Part shown: piece after piece, positions 28,616 to 38,858 of the stretch | Layout of the letters: every line of letters begins with the position of its first letter | Position numbering within the stretch: the stretch's first letter is position 1 | Assembly (NCBI GenBank): GCA_038231135.1 | Contig: JBBRLX010000002.1 | Span: 1-64,000, forward strand | DNA length: 64,000 nucleotides | Direction of reading: 5' to 3' | DNA from: Candidatus Eiseniibacteriota bacterium | GTDB taxonomy: Bacteria > Eisenbacteria > RBG-16-71-46 | Notes under the pieces: model-generated | Seen by the model: the letters and a program-made list of their open reading frames with translations, nothing else | Told to the model about the DNA's origin: nothing | Database searches by the model: none | Made by a program: the position numbers and the translations under genes

Positions 28616-30454
28616 ATGTCCCCGGTCGCCATCCGATTGATCTGGACACTCGCGATCTGCGGGATCCTTGTTCCCACGGTGGTCTACGCCAATTCGGCCT
28701 TCGTCCCGGACGACTTCCCGACTATCCAGCAGGCGATCGATTCTGGCGCGGATACGGTTCAGGTTCGAGGCGGCACGTATTCAGAACGCCCATTGGTTGA
28801 TCATTCACTTACCCTTCTTGGCTTCGGGGGTAGCGGACGCCCTCGAATCGAGGGGCTCGACGTCATCAATCGCAATTTTCTCTTCAACTCGCGGACCCTG
28901 CTCGTCTCTGAGTGTTCATTCTCGCAAAGCGTAAACCTCACGACTGTCACTGTGACCCCGCGCAACCTCGATCTACGCTTCTCCAACTGTGTTCTCGATT
29001 CCGGTGTTAGTCAGCTGGTGAAACTCGATACAGAGGACATCGCTACGCTTACCATCGATAGATGTCACTTGGGTGGACGCAGTGCCGCCCAAGCATTCGA
29101 AGTATTCATGGAGGCGGATACGGTTGATGGCGGCGTTTTCTGGGCCACTCACGGAGCATCAATAGATCACTGTTGGTTTACAGGTGGTACTAATACCGCC
29201 ATCACACTGACCGATACGCCGCGTCGCTCGCTCACCAATAGCCATATTGAACACTATGACACTGGCATTTACGCGGAAGCTATGGACGCATACGAAATTT
29301 CCAACAACATTATCAACGATTGCGCAACGGGCATTATATTGCATGCTGGCACCGACGCAGTGGTAGCGCAAAATACCATTTTGACATGCAATATCGCGAT
29401 CGATGTGGGTGGGGGAGATAATCTCTCCGTGACGAATAATACGATTGTGCATAATCGTCGAGCCGGTATTCGTCTTCGTTTGGCGAGATTCGTGGCACAG
29501 CACAACGTGATTGGCTTCACAAATGGCCCGGGTATTATTATTGATAACCCAACAGATGCGCATGTGAGTGCCAACACAATCTTTGCTGGCGATTCTTCCG
29601 GCATCGTTGTGTCGCGAAACTTCGGATATCCAGTCACTGTAATGAACAATATATTAGCGGCCAACAAGGCATACGGAATATGGACTCAGCTTTCGCCGGT
29701 GCAGCTCGGGTGCAACGATTACTTCGCGAATGGCCTTGGCCCAACAGACGGCATTGCAGTCGATGCAACAGATGTGGCCCTTGATCCGATGTTCTGCGAC
29801 ATGGACAGTGTGGACGTGAGGCTTACCTCACACTCTCCGCTAGCCAGCGTGCCCGGCTGTGGGACGATCGGTGCGTTGGCGATTGGCTGCGGTATGACTG
29901 CGACGCTGCTGGAGATGTTCACGGCAACGCCCCAGGGGCACAGTATCGCGGTGCGCTGGCAATTCAGCCCCACAATCAATCCAGCATGCTGGCTCGAGCG
30001 GGCTATGGGAGAACATAGCCGGTGGTCAAGGATAGGGGCGGCGACGCCGACGGATCACGACGGCTATGTCGTGATAGATAGCGACGTCCAAGATGGCCGA
30101 ACCTACTCCTATCGCATCGGGTGGTTAGATGCCGGACGCATTGGTTATTCTAGCGCTGTAGTTGCTGCACTTGGTACACAGGCGCCGGCGGGCAGGGTGT
30201 TTCCTAACCCAAGCCGCGGCCCTGTGCGTATCGAGTGGACACTCGCGAGACCCGATCAAGTTAATGTACGGGTATATGATCTCACCGGACGCGTGGCGTC
30301 CACCGTTGGAAGTGCGTTCTTCCCTGCGGGTAACAACAGCGTCCAGTGGGACGGCAGGCGTGCTGACGGCACCCTGGCTCCGCCCGGGTGGTACGTTGTA
30401 CGTTTTCGACTCGGCACCGCCGAAGCGAGCCAGATGCTACTGCTCCTCAGATAG
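28616..30454 (+). CDS. Secreted parallel beta-helix protein with FlgD-Ig/T9SS-like C-terminal domain
   Basis: VPDDFPTIQQAID, repeated I.NN.I/GI motifs, DPMFC, FPNPSRG...VYDLTGR...WDGR; visibly lower GC. Confidence 0.88.
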   Translation: MSPVAIRLIWTLAICGILVPTVVYANSAFVPDDFPTIQQAIDSGADTVQVRGGTYSERPLVDHSLTLLGFGGSGRPRIEGLDVINRNFLFNSRTLLVSECSFSQSVNLTTVTVTPRNLDLRFSNCVLDSGVSQLVKLDTEDIATLTIDRCHLGGRSAAQAFEVFMEADTVDGGVFWATHGASIDHCWFTGGTNTAITLTDTPRRSLTNSHIEHYDTGIYAEAMDAYEISNNIINDCATGIILHAGTDAVVAQNTILTCNIAIDVGGGDNLSVTNNTIVHNRRAGIRLRLARFVAQHNVIGFTNGPGIIIDNPTDAHVSANTIFAGDSSGIVVSRNFGYPVTVMNNILAANKAYGIWTQLSPVQLGCNDYFANGLGPTDGIAVDATDVALDPMFCDMDSVDVRLTSHSPLASVPGCGTIGALAIGCGMTATLLEMFTATPQGHSIAVRWQFSPTINPACWLERAMGEHSRWSRIGAATPTDHDGYVVIDSDVQDGRTYSYRIGWLDAGRIGYSSAVVAALGTQAPAGRVFPNPSRGPVRIEWTLARPDQVNVRVYDLTGRVASTVGSAFFPAGNNSVQWDGRRADGTLAPPGWYVVRFRLGTAEASQMLLLLR

Positions 30455-30501
30455 TTACACTCGAAATCTCCGTAATTCTCCGATCTGGCTCGTGGATCTC
30501 A

Positions 30502-30593
30502 CCCACGAGACGCCAACCTCATGAGGCGCTTCTGATTTCGTTGCCGCGCAATGTCTTCGAGGGGCTTGAGCGAACTCCATCGTTTGTGCCACG
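30502..30593. repeat. 92-bp dispersed direct repeat, copy 1
   Basis: Aligns without gaps to 33152-33243; shared core TTCGTTGCCGCGCAATGTCTTCGAG.GGCTTGAGCGAACTC. Confidence 0.9.
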
Positions 30594-30789
30594 AATCGGT
30601 TTTCGAGACCGCCCGATTCAGCCGCTCTCGCACCTCTCCGCTGTTGCTTCTTCTATGGGACCCATACGGCACAGCCCAAGAACCTCGTGTGGCGGAAGGG
30701 ATTGCGGCAGTTCGCCAAGCCGGCCGGGCGGGAATGACGTTCGGCGACTGTCGAGCATGCTATGCTCGATGATTGAGGGGGAGGCGCTG

Positions 30790-33045
30790 ATGCGTAACAG
30801 ACGCTTCGGGATTGTTCTCGCGGTTGCCATGATCATTGCGGCCTGTGCCGCCACCCCGGCGGCAGCGCTGACCTGGCAGGAAGCGCCACCGCCGCCGCTC
30901 ACGTTTGGACACCTCGCTTTCCTCGATACCACCGCCCACCATTTGATCGTGGTTAGCAACACGATCGTATGGACCTACGATCTCGTGAGCCACGCCTGGG
31001 TCGACATCGCGGCAACGCAAGGCGGCGCCACACTCGACCTCCAGGAGGTGTCGGGGATTCTCGATCCAGTGCGAAATCGCGTCATTTGCCTTGTCAATGT
31101 CTATGGCCTGCCCAACTATTTTGAGCTCTGGACGCTCGACCTCTCCAGTCATGTCTGGCAATCGGTCGCCCGTTCCAATCCCGGCTACCGGACCGGGTAC
31201 GGTTTTGTCTATGACCGCAAGCGCGATCGCGCACTCCTTTACGGAGGTTACTTGCGGGACAACACTGGAGCCTATTCCTTCGTGAATGACCTGAACGCGC
31301 TCGATCTCGCCACACTGACGTGGAGCCAGCCGACGATTGCGGGCACGTCTCCGCTCGGCCGGGGGAATTTCGTCTGGGGATACGATCCAGTCTACGACCG
31401 CATGGTTATGTTCGGAGGCACGTCACACACGGCGCTAGATTCCCATACTCCAATCGTTGTAGACGAGACCTGGGAGCTGTTGTTGTCCGGTACGCCGCGT
31501 TGGAAGTTCCTGACGCCCGCAACGCCTCATCCTTCCGCCAGGACAGGGACCGTGGGCGGCGTGGTGGGCAACCACCGTCTGCTCGCGATGTGTGGTTCGA
31601 CGACGGTCAATGGCAATCCGGTGAATGAAGCGTGGACGCTGGCGCTCGACGACACCTCGATGGCGCATTGGACACAGGTTTCTGCAGGCGGCTCGCTGGT
31701 TCCCCGTGAATTTGCCGCCATCACGTGCGACTCGATCGGCAATCGGATGTTGTTGCAGGGAGGCCAGACCCAGAATGGTCACTATGTACACGCGGACGTG
31801 TGGTCGCTCACCATCGACTCCGTCGCCTCGTGGGGCTCGCTCGGAGACGATGCGCCGCCCGCACTGTGGGCAACCACGGCGGTCAGCGGCGAGGCGTTCT
31901 ATGATTCCCTCGGGAAGCGTGTGATCGTAGCGTATAGCACGGGGACATTGCTCGAGGTGTGGGCGAAGTCGATGGATGCGGTCGGGCTGTGGTCCTTGCT
32001 CAGCGAAGACGCGAGTGGCATCGGAAACCGGCATGAGTTTTCGTTGATCTGGGACGCACCACGCCGACGGATTCTCCTGTTTGGCGGTTACGATTATCAG
32101 ACGAACGCTCGATTCAACGATGTCTGGGCCAACGCCGGGTCCGGTTGGTCTCCATTGAGCACCGCGGGAACGCCGCCGTCACCGCGCAGCAATCACAGCG
32201 CGATCTTCGATGCTGCCGGGCAGCGCATGATCGTGTTTGGCGGCCAGACGGCCCCGAGCCCGGGAAGCGTGGTCTCCGACACATGGGCGCTCTCGCTCGC
32301 AAGCACTCCTACCTGGACACGGCTATCCACCACCAACGACCCGTCGGCGCAATATCGGCACGCCGCGCTCTACGACGCTCAGCGCGGGAGCCTCGTCGTG
32401 TTCGCGGGCCGGGACTCATTCGGCGCAGCCCAGGGACCGAGCGAGTTGCCCTTGAATGGCAGCCTCGCATGGCATTCTCTCGCGAGTAATCGGCCGAAGC
32501 TCGTTCCATCGAACTTCGGGCCCGTGTTCGATGCGCTCCGGACCCGCTTCCTGGTTGCGGCCTCGGACACACTGTGGGTGACTTCACTGGGTGGGAAGCT
32601 CGACTGGACGCCACTTCTCAGCGGTGACGCGAAGCTCAGTTTGCTGTACGCATTGGCTGCCGATGATCCGGTTCACGACCGTCTTGTCATCTTTGGCGGC
32701 TATTATCCCGGCAACGCGGCGCGCTATTTGTATTTCGGTGCGGTGGCCGGAGTAGGGGATCCGGCACCCAGTGTGCAGGTTTCGCGTGCGCGTATCTCGG
32801 TAATGCCGCAGCCATCACACGGAGCATTCTCGCTGTGGCTCTCGATGCCACGCCGTGATCGTGCGAGCTTCGAACTTCTGGACCTCGCCGGTCGGCGCAT
32901 CGCGTCCGAGAAGCTCGGGACGCTGGAGGCCGGCGCGCATGTTGTGCACCTGGATCGCGGGATCGTTCAGAGAGCGGGGCTGTATTTCGTCAACGCACAC
33001 CTGGGTAGCGAGACCGTCACGGCACGCGTGGTGATCATTCAGTAG
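30790..33045 (+). CDS. Secreted Kelch-repeat protein with T9SS-like C-terminal domain
   Basis: Signal peptide; repeated YD...R...FGG...D.W.L; C-terminus VAGVG...PQPS...DLAGRRI...AGLYFV. Confidence 0.88.
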   Translation: MRNRRFGIVLAVAMIIAACAATPAAALTWQEAPPPPLTFGHLAFLDTTAHHLIVVSNTIVWTYDLVSHAWVDIAATQGGATLDLQEVSGILDPVRNRVICLVNVYGLPNYFELWTLDLSSHVWQSVARSNPGYRTGYGFVYDRKRDRALLYGGYLRDNTGAYSFVNDLNALDLATLTWSQPTIAGTSPLGRGNFVWGYDPVYDRMVMFGGTSHTALDSHTPIVVDETWELLLSGTPRWKFLTPATPHPSARTGTVGGVVGNHRLLAMCGSTTVNGNPVNEAWTLALDDTSMAHWTQVSAGGSLVPREFAAITCDSIGNRMLLQGGQTQNGHYVHADVWSLTIDSVASWGSLGDDAPPALWATTAVSGEAFYDSLGKRVIVAYSTGTLLEVWAKSMDAVGLWSLLSEDASGIGNRHEFSLIWDAPRRRILLFGGYDYQTNARFNDVWANAGSGWSPLSTAGTPPSPRSNHSAIFDAAGQRMIVFGGQTAPSPGSVVSDTWALSLASTPTWTRLSTTNDPSAQYRHAALYDAQRGSLVVFAGRDSFGAAQGPSELPLNGSLAWHSLASNRPKLVPSNFGPVFDALRTRFLVAASDTLWVTSLGGKLDWTPLLSGDAKLSLLYALAADDPVHDRLVIFGGYYPGNAARYLYFGAVAGVGDPAPSVQVSRARISVMPQPSHGAFSLWLSMPRRDRASFELLDLAGRRIASEKLGTLEAGAHVVHLDRGIVQRAGLYFVNAHLGSETVTARVVIIQ

Positions 33046-33151
33046 CGCATCGGCGTCAGACGGGATAGGTCTTCACCCCAAGGTACCGGGCCAGCCTCGC
33101 GTTCCCCCGCGCCGCAAACAGATCCGTCCGTGTCCACGGACATGAATGAGC

Positions 33152-33243
33152 CCCACGAGGCGTCAACCTCATGGGGCTCTTCTGACTTCGTTGCCGCGCA
33201 ATGTCTTCGAGAGGCTTGAGCGAACTCAATCGTTCATGCCACG
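33152..33243. repeat. 92-bp dispersed direct repeat, copy 2
   Basis: Aligns with 30502-30593. Confidence 0.9.
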
Positions 33244-33314
33244 GCCGCCCAAGCCTATCGGCAGCTATGAAAAGGCAAAGCCGTCGCGGAGGCAGAACTC
33301 TAGTAACCAGGGGG

Positions 33315-33905
33315 CTACGGCTTCGCAAAGCGTGTCCAGAAGCTCAGCCCCACCGTCCCTACGTTCACCGCGACCGGGTTGGATTCGATCGCGTGGAACA
33401 TGCCTTCCAGGCGAAGACCGGCCGATGCGCCGAGCGGTACCGAGACGCCGACCGCGCCCAAGAACCCGGGCCAGAAGCGTGGGTCGGTGATGTAAACGGA
33501 CTCGTTGGTGGTGTCAAGGACCAGCTTCGGATCGACGAACTCCAGCGCGACGCCGAGCTTGAGATACGGCGAGATCGGCACGCGCAGCGGCGTAAGCATG
33601 GCTCGGATGCCGACCGCGGTCTCGGTGATGCGGACACCCTGACGTACGGCGAGATACCCAGGAAGCAGAACGGTCGTCTTGTCGCGCAGCACGTGATAGT
33701 TGACGTCCAGGAACAGCAGGTTCTGGTGTCCGACGGGCTGGTTCGCCGAGACGCCGACGTAAGTGCCGTCGCGCACCTCATGGGCGAGATCGCCGAGCGG
33801 CTTACTCCAGCCACTCTGGACGCTGATGGAGCGCGGCTCTGCGGACGCGAGCAGTGCCCCGGACAAGGACACGATCGCAGCGACGAGCACGATTCGAAAT
33901 TTCAT
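33315..33905 (-). CDS. Small outer-membrane beta-barrel protein
   Basis: Signal peptide; alternating beta strands; ISPYLKLGVA; terminal strand VGLSFW. Confidence 0.7.
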   Translation of the reverse strand: MKFRIVLVAAIVSLSGALLASAEPRSISVQSGWSKPLGDLAHEVRDGTYVGVSANQPVGHQNLLFLDVNYHVLRDKTTVLLPGYLAVRQGVRITETAVGIRAMLTPLRVPISPYLKLGVALEFVDPKLVLDTTNESVYITDPRFWPGFLGAVGVSVPLGASAGLRLEGMFHAIESNPVAVNVGTVGLSFWTRFAKP

Positions 33906-33974
33906 GCGGCCTCCCGTGCTGCGGCAGCCGTAATACGAGGCAACGATTCCGCCGCATCAGTGTGCGTGGTCCGT

Positions 33975-34946
33975 CTACTCCCGCGGCGCGAATTCCTGGA
34001 TCCGTCCATTGCTCCGGACGGCGACGTAGAACGCGCCGTCCGGCCGGACGGCGATGCCTGTGGGGAGCGCTCCATAACCCTCGCGCTCGCGCAGCGGGAG
34101 ACAAGTCGTGAGGTACGCGCCGGTGCGTGTGAACGTCTGCACCCGCTCGTTCATGCTGTCGCCGACGTACACGGTGCCATGCGAGTCCACCGCCACGTCC
34201 ATCGGGTCGTAGAACTGCCCCGGTCCGTGACCATATCTGCCCCACGTCGAGACGAACGCGCCGTCTGATGTGAACTTCTGGACCCGGTCGACGATCTCAC
34301 CGAACAACCCTTCGCCGTCGACTACGTAAACGTACCCGCTGTCGTCCACCGCGACGCTGCACGGCCACTCGAACGATCCGTCTCCGCGACCGAGGCCCCC
34401 CCACTGCGAGAGGTACGCGCCGTCCGGACCGAACTTCTGCAGCCGCCGGTTCTGCGTGTCTGCGACATAGACGTTGCCGGATGCGTCGACAGCGATGCCA
34501 TCCGGCTCGCGGAATTGACCGTCGCCGGAGCCGAAGCTGCCCCATTGCGTCAGGTAGGTACCGTCGCTCGCGAACTTCTCGACGCGCTGGTTGTCAGCAT
34601 CGGCCACGTAAACCTTCCCGTCCGAGTCGATCGCGAGCTGCACCGGGGACCGGAACTGGCCGGACGCACTGCCGCTATCGCCCCACTGGAAGAGATAGCG
34701 ACCAGCCTCGTCGAACACCTGGATGCGGTGATTCCATGTGTCCGCCACGTACAGGCGGCCGCTCGGGCCGATCGCCACATCGGTCGGCCCCTGGAACTGT
34801 CCGTCGCCGGTACCGATTGCTCCCCAGGACCGTACGAGCGTGTAAGGCCCGAACTTCGGTACGACGATGAAGCTCTTCTTCGCGCAGGCGGAGAGAGCGG
34901 CGATGAGAGCGAAGCAGAAGGCAAGGAGCAGGAAGATGCGGCGCAT
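33975..34946 (-). CDS. NHL-repeat lipoprotein (6-bladed propeller)
   Basis: LSAC lipobox; repeated GQF..P..IAVD..G.VYVAD..N.RVQKF. Confidence 0.92.
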   Translation of the reverse strand: MRRIFLLLAFCFALIAALSACAKKSFIVVPKFGPYTLVRSWGAIGTGDGQFQGPTDVAIGPSGRLYVADTWNHRIQVFDEAGRYLFQWGDSGSASGQFRSPVQLAIDSDGKVYVADADNQRVEKFASDGTYLTQWGSFGSGDGQFREPDGIAVDASGNVYVADTQNRRLQKFGPDGAYLSQWGGLGRGDGSFEWPCSVAVDDSGYVYVVDGEGLFGEIVDRVQKFTSDGAFVSTWGRYGHGPGQFYDPMDVAVDSHGTVYVGDSMNERVQTFTRTGAYLTTCLPLREREGYGALPTGIAVRPDGAFYVAVRSNGRIQEFAPRE

Positions 34947-35260
34947 GCAGCCTCCGACGGGTCGAATCGAGCCGGGGCGACTCCGGCTCCAGAACGCTAC
35001 CGCCGCGCCGCTACGGTGTCGAGCGGCGTCCTGACCTGTTCCTCCGACATTCGTCGTTCCCCTGTAGTGTGGTCGTCGCGCCTGATGGCCCTAAACCGCA
35101 TGACCGGCGAGTTCAGCGGATGACCACTGGGAGCGACAGCACCAGGTGCAATCGTGCATTCCAGGTTCTATGCTGTGAGCATCGTTGCCACGCATTCCCG
35201 AGAGCAAGCTGATATGACTTGTTCCACCGGCAATGATCGCCCCACCTTGGGAGTGGTTGC

Positions 35261-36424
35261 ATGAACCTGCAGGGCCGCCTCATCGCGATCTTCCTCGCCT
35301 CACTTCTGCCGTGCGTGCAGCGTCAGGCGTGGGCCGCGTCCATCTTCCCGGAGCCCCGGACCTCCGCGGCGGTCCTCGAGGTTGATCCCTCGGTTCGTTG
35401 TGCGGGTATGGGCGGTGCCGGCACGGCGGTGTTCTGGGGTGTTTCGCTGAATCCATGGGCCAATCCTGCACTGCTCGGGTACGCAGAGGGCGTGCGTTAC
35501 GAGCAAAGCGATGCGGAGTTCGGCCCCGGCGTGAAGTTGCGAGCGCGGGGTACGACGATCGGCTATGGCGGCCTGGGCTTAGGCACGACCGGCCGGCCCA
35601 TCGAAGGTCTGGGTAGGATCGACCTCGAGGCCACTGCGAGCCTTGACCAAGCATCACTCGGACTGATCGACCAGGCCAGATCGTGGAGCGCTGGGGCGAG
35701 CATCTCGCGGCTGCTCGAGACGCTCGCGCGCGGTTCTGGGCGGACGGCGCCTGCATTCACGCGGTTTGCCGACGTTGCGTTCGGCTACAGCGATAAGCGG
35801 GTCGAGGACGTGCTGTGGGTCAGCAGCCCCGGCGACAACAGCCGGATCGCCGAGCACACATTCGCTCGCGACCGCGGCGTGATGATACACGGGGGCGCCC
35901 CGCTACGCGTGCGGTGGCTTGGCCCGGCATGGATCGACGCTGCCTATGGCTATTCCGAGGTCAACTTCAACCAGCCGGCATTCGACGCCTTTGGCGTTAC
36001 GAGCCCGACCGCGAGAGATTGGCGCAACGGCGTGGCGCTGCACGCAACATTCGACGGCACGGCGCCGCTGCGGCGCCTGCCCCGATGGTTCGCGAGCGGC
36101 CTGGCGCCGTTCGTCTCGGCGGGCTGGGCCATGGACTTCATCCGGACCACGCAGGGTGAGGTCGGCCGCTCGCACGATGTGGACGGCTGGGGCGCGGAGC
36201 TCGGGATGGTGAACATCCTGGCCGTTCGCATGGGGCGGAGCGGGTCTTCGGCCAGCGGCTACGTCTCCCACACGTGGGGCGTGTCGTTCGGTCTACCGCT
36301 CGGGCGCTATGGCGGCGGCCGTTGGGACCACGCAAACGTGACGCGCGACGGACTCCCGGATTTGAAGCGCGACGGCTGGACCCTCTGGCTCGACCCGCTG
36401 GTCGTCTACCACGCCGTGCACTGA
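35261..36424 (+). CDS. PorV/PorQ(FadL)-like outer-membrane protein
   Basis: Signal peptide then PSVRCAGMGGAGTA...NPALLG, followed by amphipathic beta strands. Confidence 0.65.
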   Translation: MNLQGRLIAIFLASLLPCVQRQAWAASIFPEPRTSAAVLEVDPSVRCAGMGGAGTAVFWGVSLNPWANPALLGYAEGVRYEQSDAEFGPGVKLRARGTTIGYGGLGLGTTGRPIEGLGRIDLEATASLDQASLGLIDQARSWSAGASISRLLETLARGSGRTAPAFTRFADVAFGYSDKRVEDVLWVSSPGDNSRIAEHTFARDRGVMIHGGAPLRVRWLGPAWIDAAYGYSEVNFNQPAFDAFGVTSPTARDWRNGVALHATFDGTAPLRRLPRWFASGLAPFVSAGWAMDFIRTTQGEVGRSHDVDGWGAELGMVNILAVRMGRSGSSASGYVSHTWGVSFGLPLGRYGGGRWDHANVTRDGLPDLKRDGWTLWLDPLVVYHAVH

Positions 36425-36488
36425 GCCGTTGTGGGTTCGCGCCGCGAGGTTCACCCGCGCTCCGTCCGCAGGTCTCAACAGGAAATAC

Positions 36489-37079
36489 TCAGGGGGCAGT
36501 GTTGGGCACGAGGAGCATGTCCGGGACGGTTGTGGTATCGCCAGCCCCTGGCATCGTGAACGTCGTAGAGGTGTCACGGTAGGCCGTATGGAAGAAGAAG
36601 GCGCGCCACCGCCCCGGCGCGATGCCCCCGATCACAAAAGCGCCCGTGATGTCGCTTTCGCCTGCGGCCTCGGGAAAGGGTGTGCTGACGATAATGTTGG
36701 CATTCAAATTCGCGCCCAGCAGTCGTGCGTGCCCGCGAATGGCACCGGCGTTCAGAAGCCGCACGCCGGAGGTCGTGGATGGAGCGAACAAGGTCTCCGC
36801 CGCCGCCCAGGCGATACCGTGATTGACGGTAAGAACCCAGTCACCGGCCGTGACCTCGCCGAAATCGAAATGCCCGTTCGCGTCGGTCTCCATGAGCAGC
36901 CCAAGCGCGTAGGGGTTGGCGGGGTATTCAGCGCTGATGAGCGCTCCATGCGCAGGCAGTCCATCGGCGTCCAGAATGCTGCCGGCGAGCCGGCCCAAGC
37001 GAGGCCCCGTCGAGGGGCGATCAGGCGCACATGAAGCAAGCGTCACGAGCATCAGGCAAAGCGACAAAGCGCGAAGCAT
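36489..37079 (-). CDS. Lipoprotein with two carboxypeptidase-regulatory-like domains
   Basis: LASC lipobox; G.I.D..G.P..GA and TDANGHF.F..V..G.W, repeated. Confidence 0.75.
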   Translation of the reverse strand: MLRALSLCLMLVTLASCAPDRPSTGPRLGRLAGSILDADGLPAHGALISAEYPANPYALGLLMETDANGHFDFGEVTAGDWVLTVNHGIAWAAAETLFAPSTTSGVRLLNAGAIRGHARLLGANLNANIIVSTPFPEAAGESDITGAFVIGGIAPGRWRAFFFHTAYRDTSTTFTMPGAGDTTTVPDMLLVPNTAP

Positions 37080-37422
37080 CGAGGCGGTTCTCCAATTCCC
37101 GCGTCTCAGGTCGCGGGACCGCATGGCCGACCCCGCGGGACGCTCTCCCAGTCTAGATCCAGATCACTCCAAGGTCTAAGCGTCGCGCATTCGTAAGAGT
37201 CGTTGGGGCCCGGTCCCGGGACCCCGTCTGGCCCTGCTTGGAACGAGGTCCTGGCGGGACGACGAAGAGGCTTTCGCAACTCTGCTGCTTTCAACGAACC
37301 CAATTCGCGGGATTTCTCGCCCCCGTCCGGGATCAAGGAGTCAAACCGTTGGGCCGATGACTCTAGGAGGCTCTGCGCACGAGCCATTCTCATTGGCATG
37401 ACGAAGCCCGGAGAACAGCGAG

Positions 37423-37890
37423 ATGACAGCGGATGAATTGATCGCCAGGCTCGATAGTGCAAAGGGTGGTGACTTCGAGGTATTGCTGGAAATGGCGGTC
37501 CAGGGCCTCCACGACCTCGATCCGCGGTTTCACTGGACCGGCATCTACGAGCTTCATACCGACGACATGCTCCAGCTCGGTCCATTCGTGGGTGCGCCTA
37601 CGGACCATGTCTTCATCGGCGTTGGCGAGGGTGTGTGCGGAACGGCCGTGGCCGAACGATGCAACATGAATGTTCCGGACGTGAGCAAGGCCATCAACTA
37701 CCTGGCTTGCAGCAGCAACACGCGCTCCGAACTCGTCGTTCTCATCCGTTCTGGTGACACCATCTGGGCCCAGATCGATATCGACAGCCATGATCTCGCA
37801 GCGTTCGACCCTACGACCGAAGTGGTCGTGCAGCGGATAGCGGACTGGCTCGCGAATCGCTACGCGGCACGAGCGGCGCGGGCCGCGTAG
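37423..37890 (+). CDS. GAF domain protein, free methionine-R-sulfoxide reductase-like
   Basis: WTGIY, LGPFVG, GVCGTAV, VPDV, YLACS..TRSELVV, IDIDS. Confidence 0.85.
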   Translation: MTADELIARLDSAKGGDFEVLLEMAVQGLHDLDPRFHWTGIYELHTDDMLQLGPFVGAPTDHVFIGVGEGVCGTAVAERCNMNVPDVSKAINYLACSSNTRSELVVLIRSGDTIWAQIDIDSHDLAAFDPTTEVVVQRIADWLANRYAARAARAA

Positions 37891-37894
37891 AAAT

Positions 37895-38821
37895 ATGCTC
37901 GGCTCGGGAGAAGGACGCCTTGGGGCAGACCGGGTGTTTGCCGCGATCGAGCCCGTCATGGCGGCTCAGTCCTTCGAGACGGCCGTGATCGAGGCGGCGC
38001 GCCGGCTGAGCGAACTTGCCGGCCCGACCGTTCCCCTGGGACTCGTGATCATGCTCAAGGACGAGATCTTCCTCGAGTCCTGGTTCCCCGAAGAAACGGG
38101 CGTGCGTAGCGCGCTGCGCACCCACCTCCGCAGGTTTGCCATCGAGTCGGCTCGGCGGGGCGAGGGGGCGGTCGCATCGTTCCCGGCAAATGTCGGCAAC
38201 CCGCTTGAACCCAGAGTCCTCCTCCTTCCGCTCGGGGAGAGATTGACCGGCGTCCTCTGCTTCGCTCGTTCGCCGGCAGTGTCTGGAGATTGCGATGATG
38301 CCCTGCTCACGCAGGCGGCGAGCCTCATGGGCCAGAGACTCGCCACAATCCAGGACATCGAGGCGGAGCGCCGGAGAAGTGGGCAGTACGAGCGCTGGTT
38401 TCAGGCGAGCGTTCTACAGATCCGCACGCTCGACTGCGAGCGGCAGAAATTCGCAGCTCTGGCAAACACCATCGACGCTTCTGTGTTCGTCGCGGATCGA
38501 ACTGGAATTGTCCGGTGGTGTAGTCGTTCCGTGGTTGAGCGATCTTCTGGATCCAGCTCGAATGACTCATTCGTCGCACACCCCTGCCAGGAGCTGTGCC
38601 GCCAGATCGGCGGAGGCCATCTCCTTGCTTGCGGGCGGTGCCTCGTGGCTCGGGTGGTTGAAAGAGAGCCGGGAAGCCAACCGATCGTCTCGACCGCTGA
38701 CGTCGGCGGCCACATGGTTCGCATCACAGCCCGTCCCATCCGCAACGCCAAGGGTCGAGCCGAGGAAGTGATCGTCGTCCTCCAGGATCTGCTCTCCGCG
38801 AATGAGCAGCGGGTGGCCTGA
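37895..38821 (+). CDS. GAF-like + PAS domain protein without an output domain
   Basis: FAALANTIDASVFVADRTG...ITARPIRNAKG...IVVLQD; Cys cluster within the PAS. Confidence 0.65.
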   Translation: MLGSGEGRLGADRVFAAIEPVMAAQSFETAVIEAARRLSELAGPTVPLGLVIMLKDEIFLESWFPEETGVRSALRTHLRRFAIESARRGEGAVASFPANVGNPLEPRVLLLPLGERLTGVLCFARSPAVSGDCDDALLTQAASLMGQRLATIQDIEAERRRSGQYERWFQASVLQIRTLDCERQKFAALANTIDASVFVADRTGIVRWCSRSVVERSSGSSSNDSFVAHPCQELCRQIGGGHLLACGRCLVARVVEREPGSQPIVSTADVGGHMVRITARPIRNAKGRAEEVIVVLQDLLSANEQRVA

Positions 38822-38858
38822 CCCTCGTCTCGCCACGGGACGCCGCCGGCCGCCGACG

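Noticed and set aside
30502..30593. Integron attC site or c-di-GMP riboswitch
   Set aside because: The CCAAC...GTTG pair is too close for attC, the element is not palindromic overall and no IntI is seen; the GEMM core could not be matched by eye
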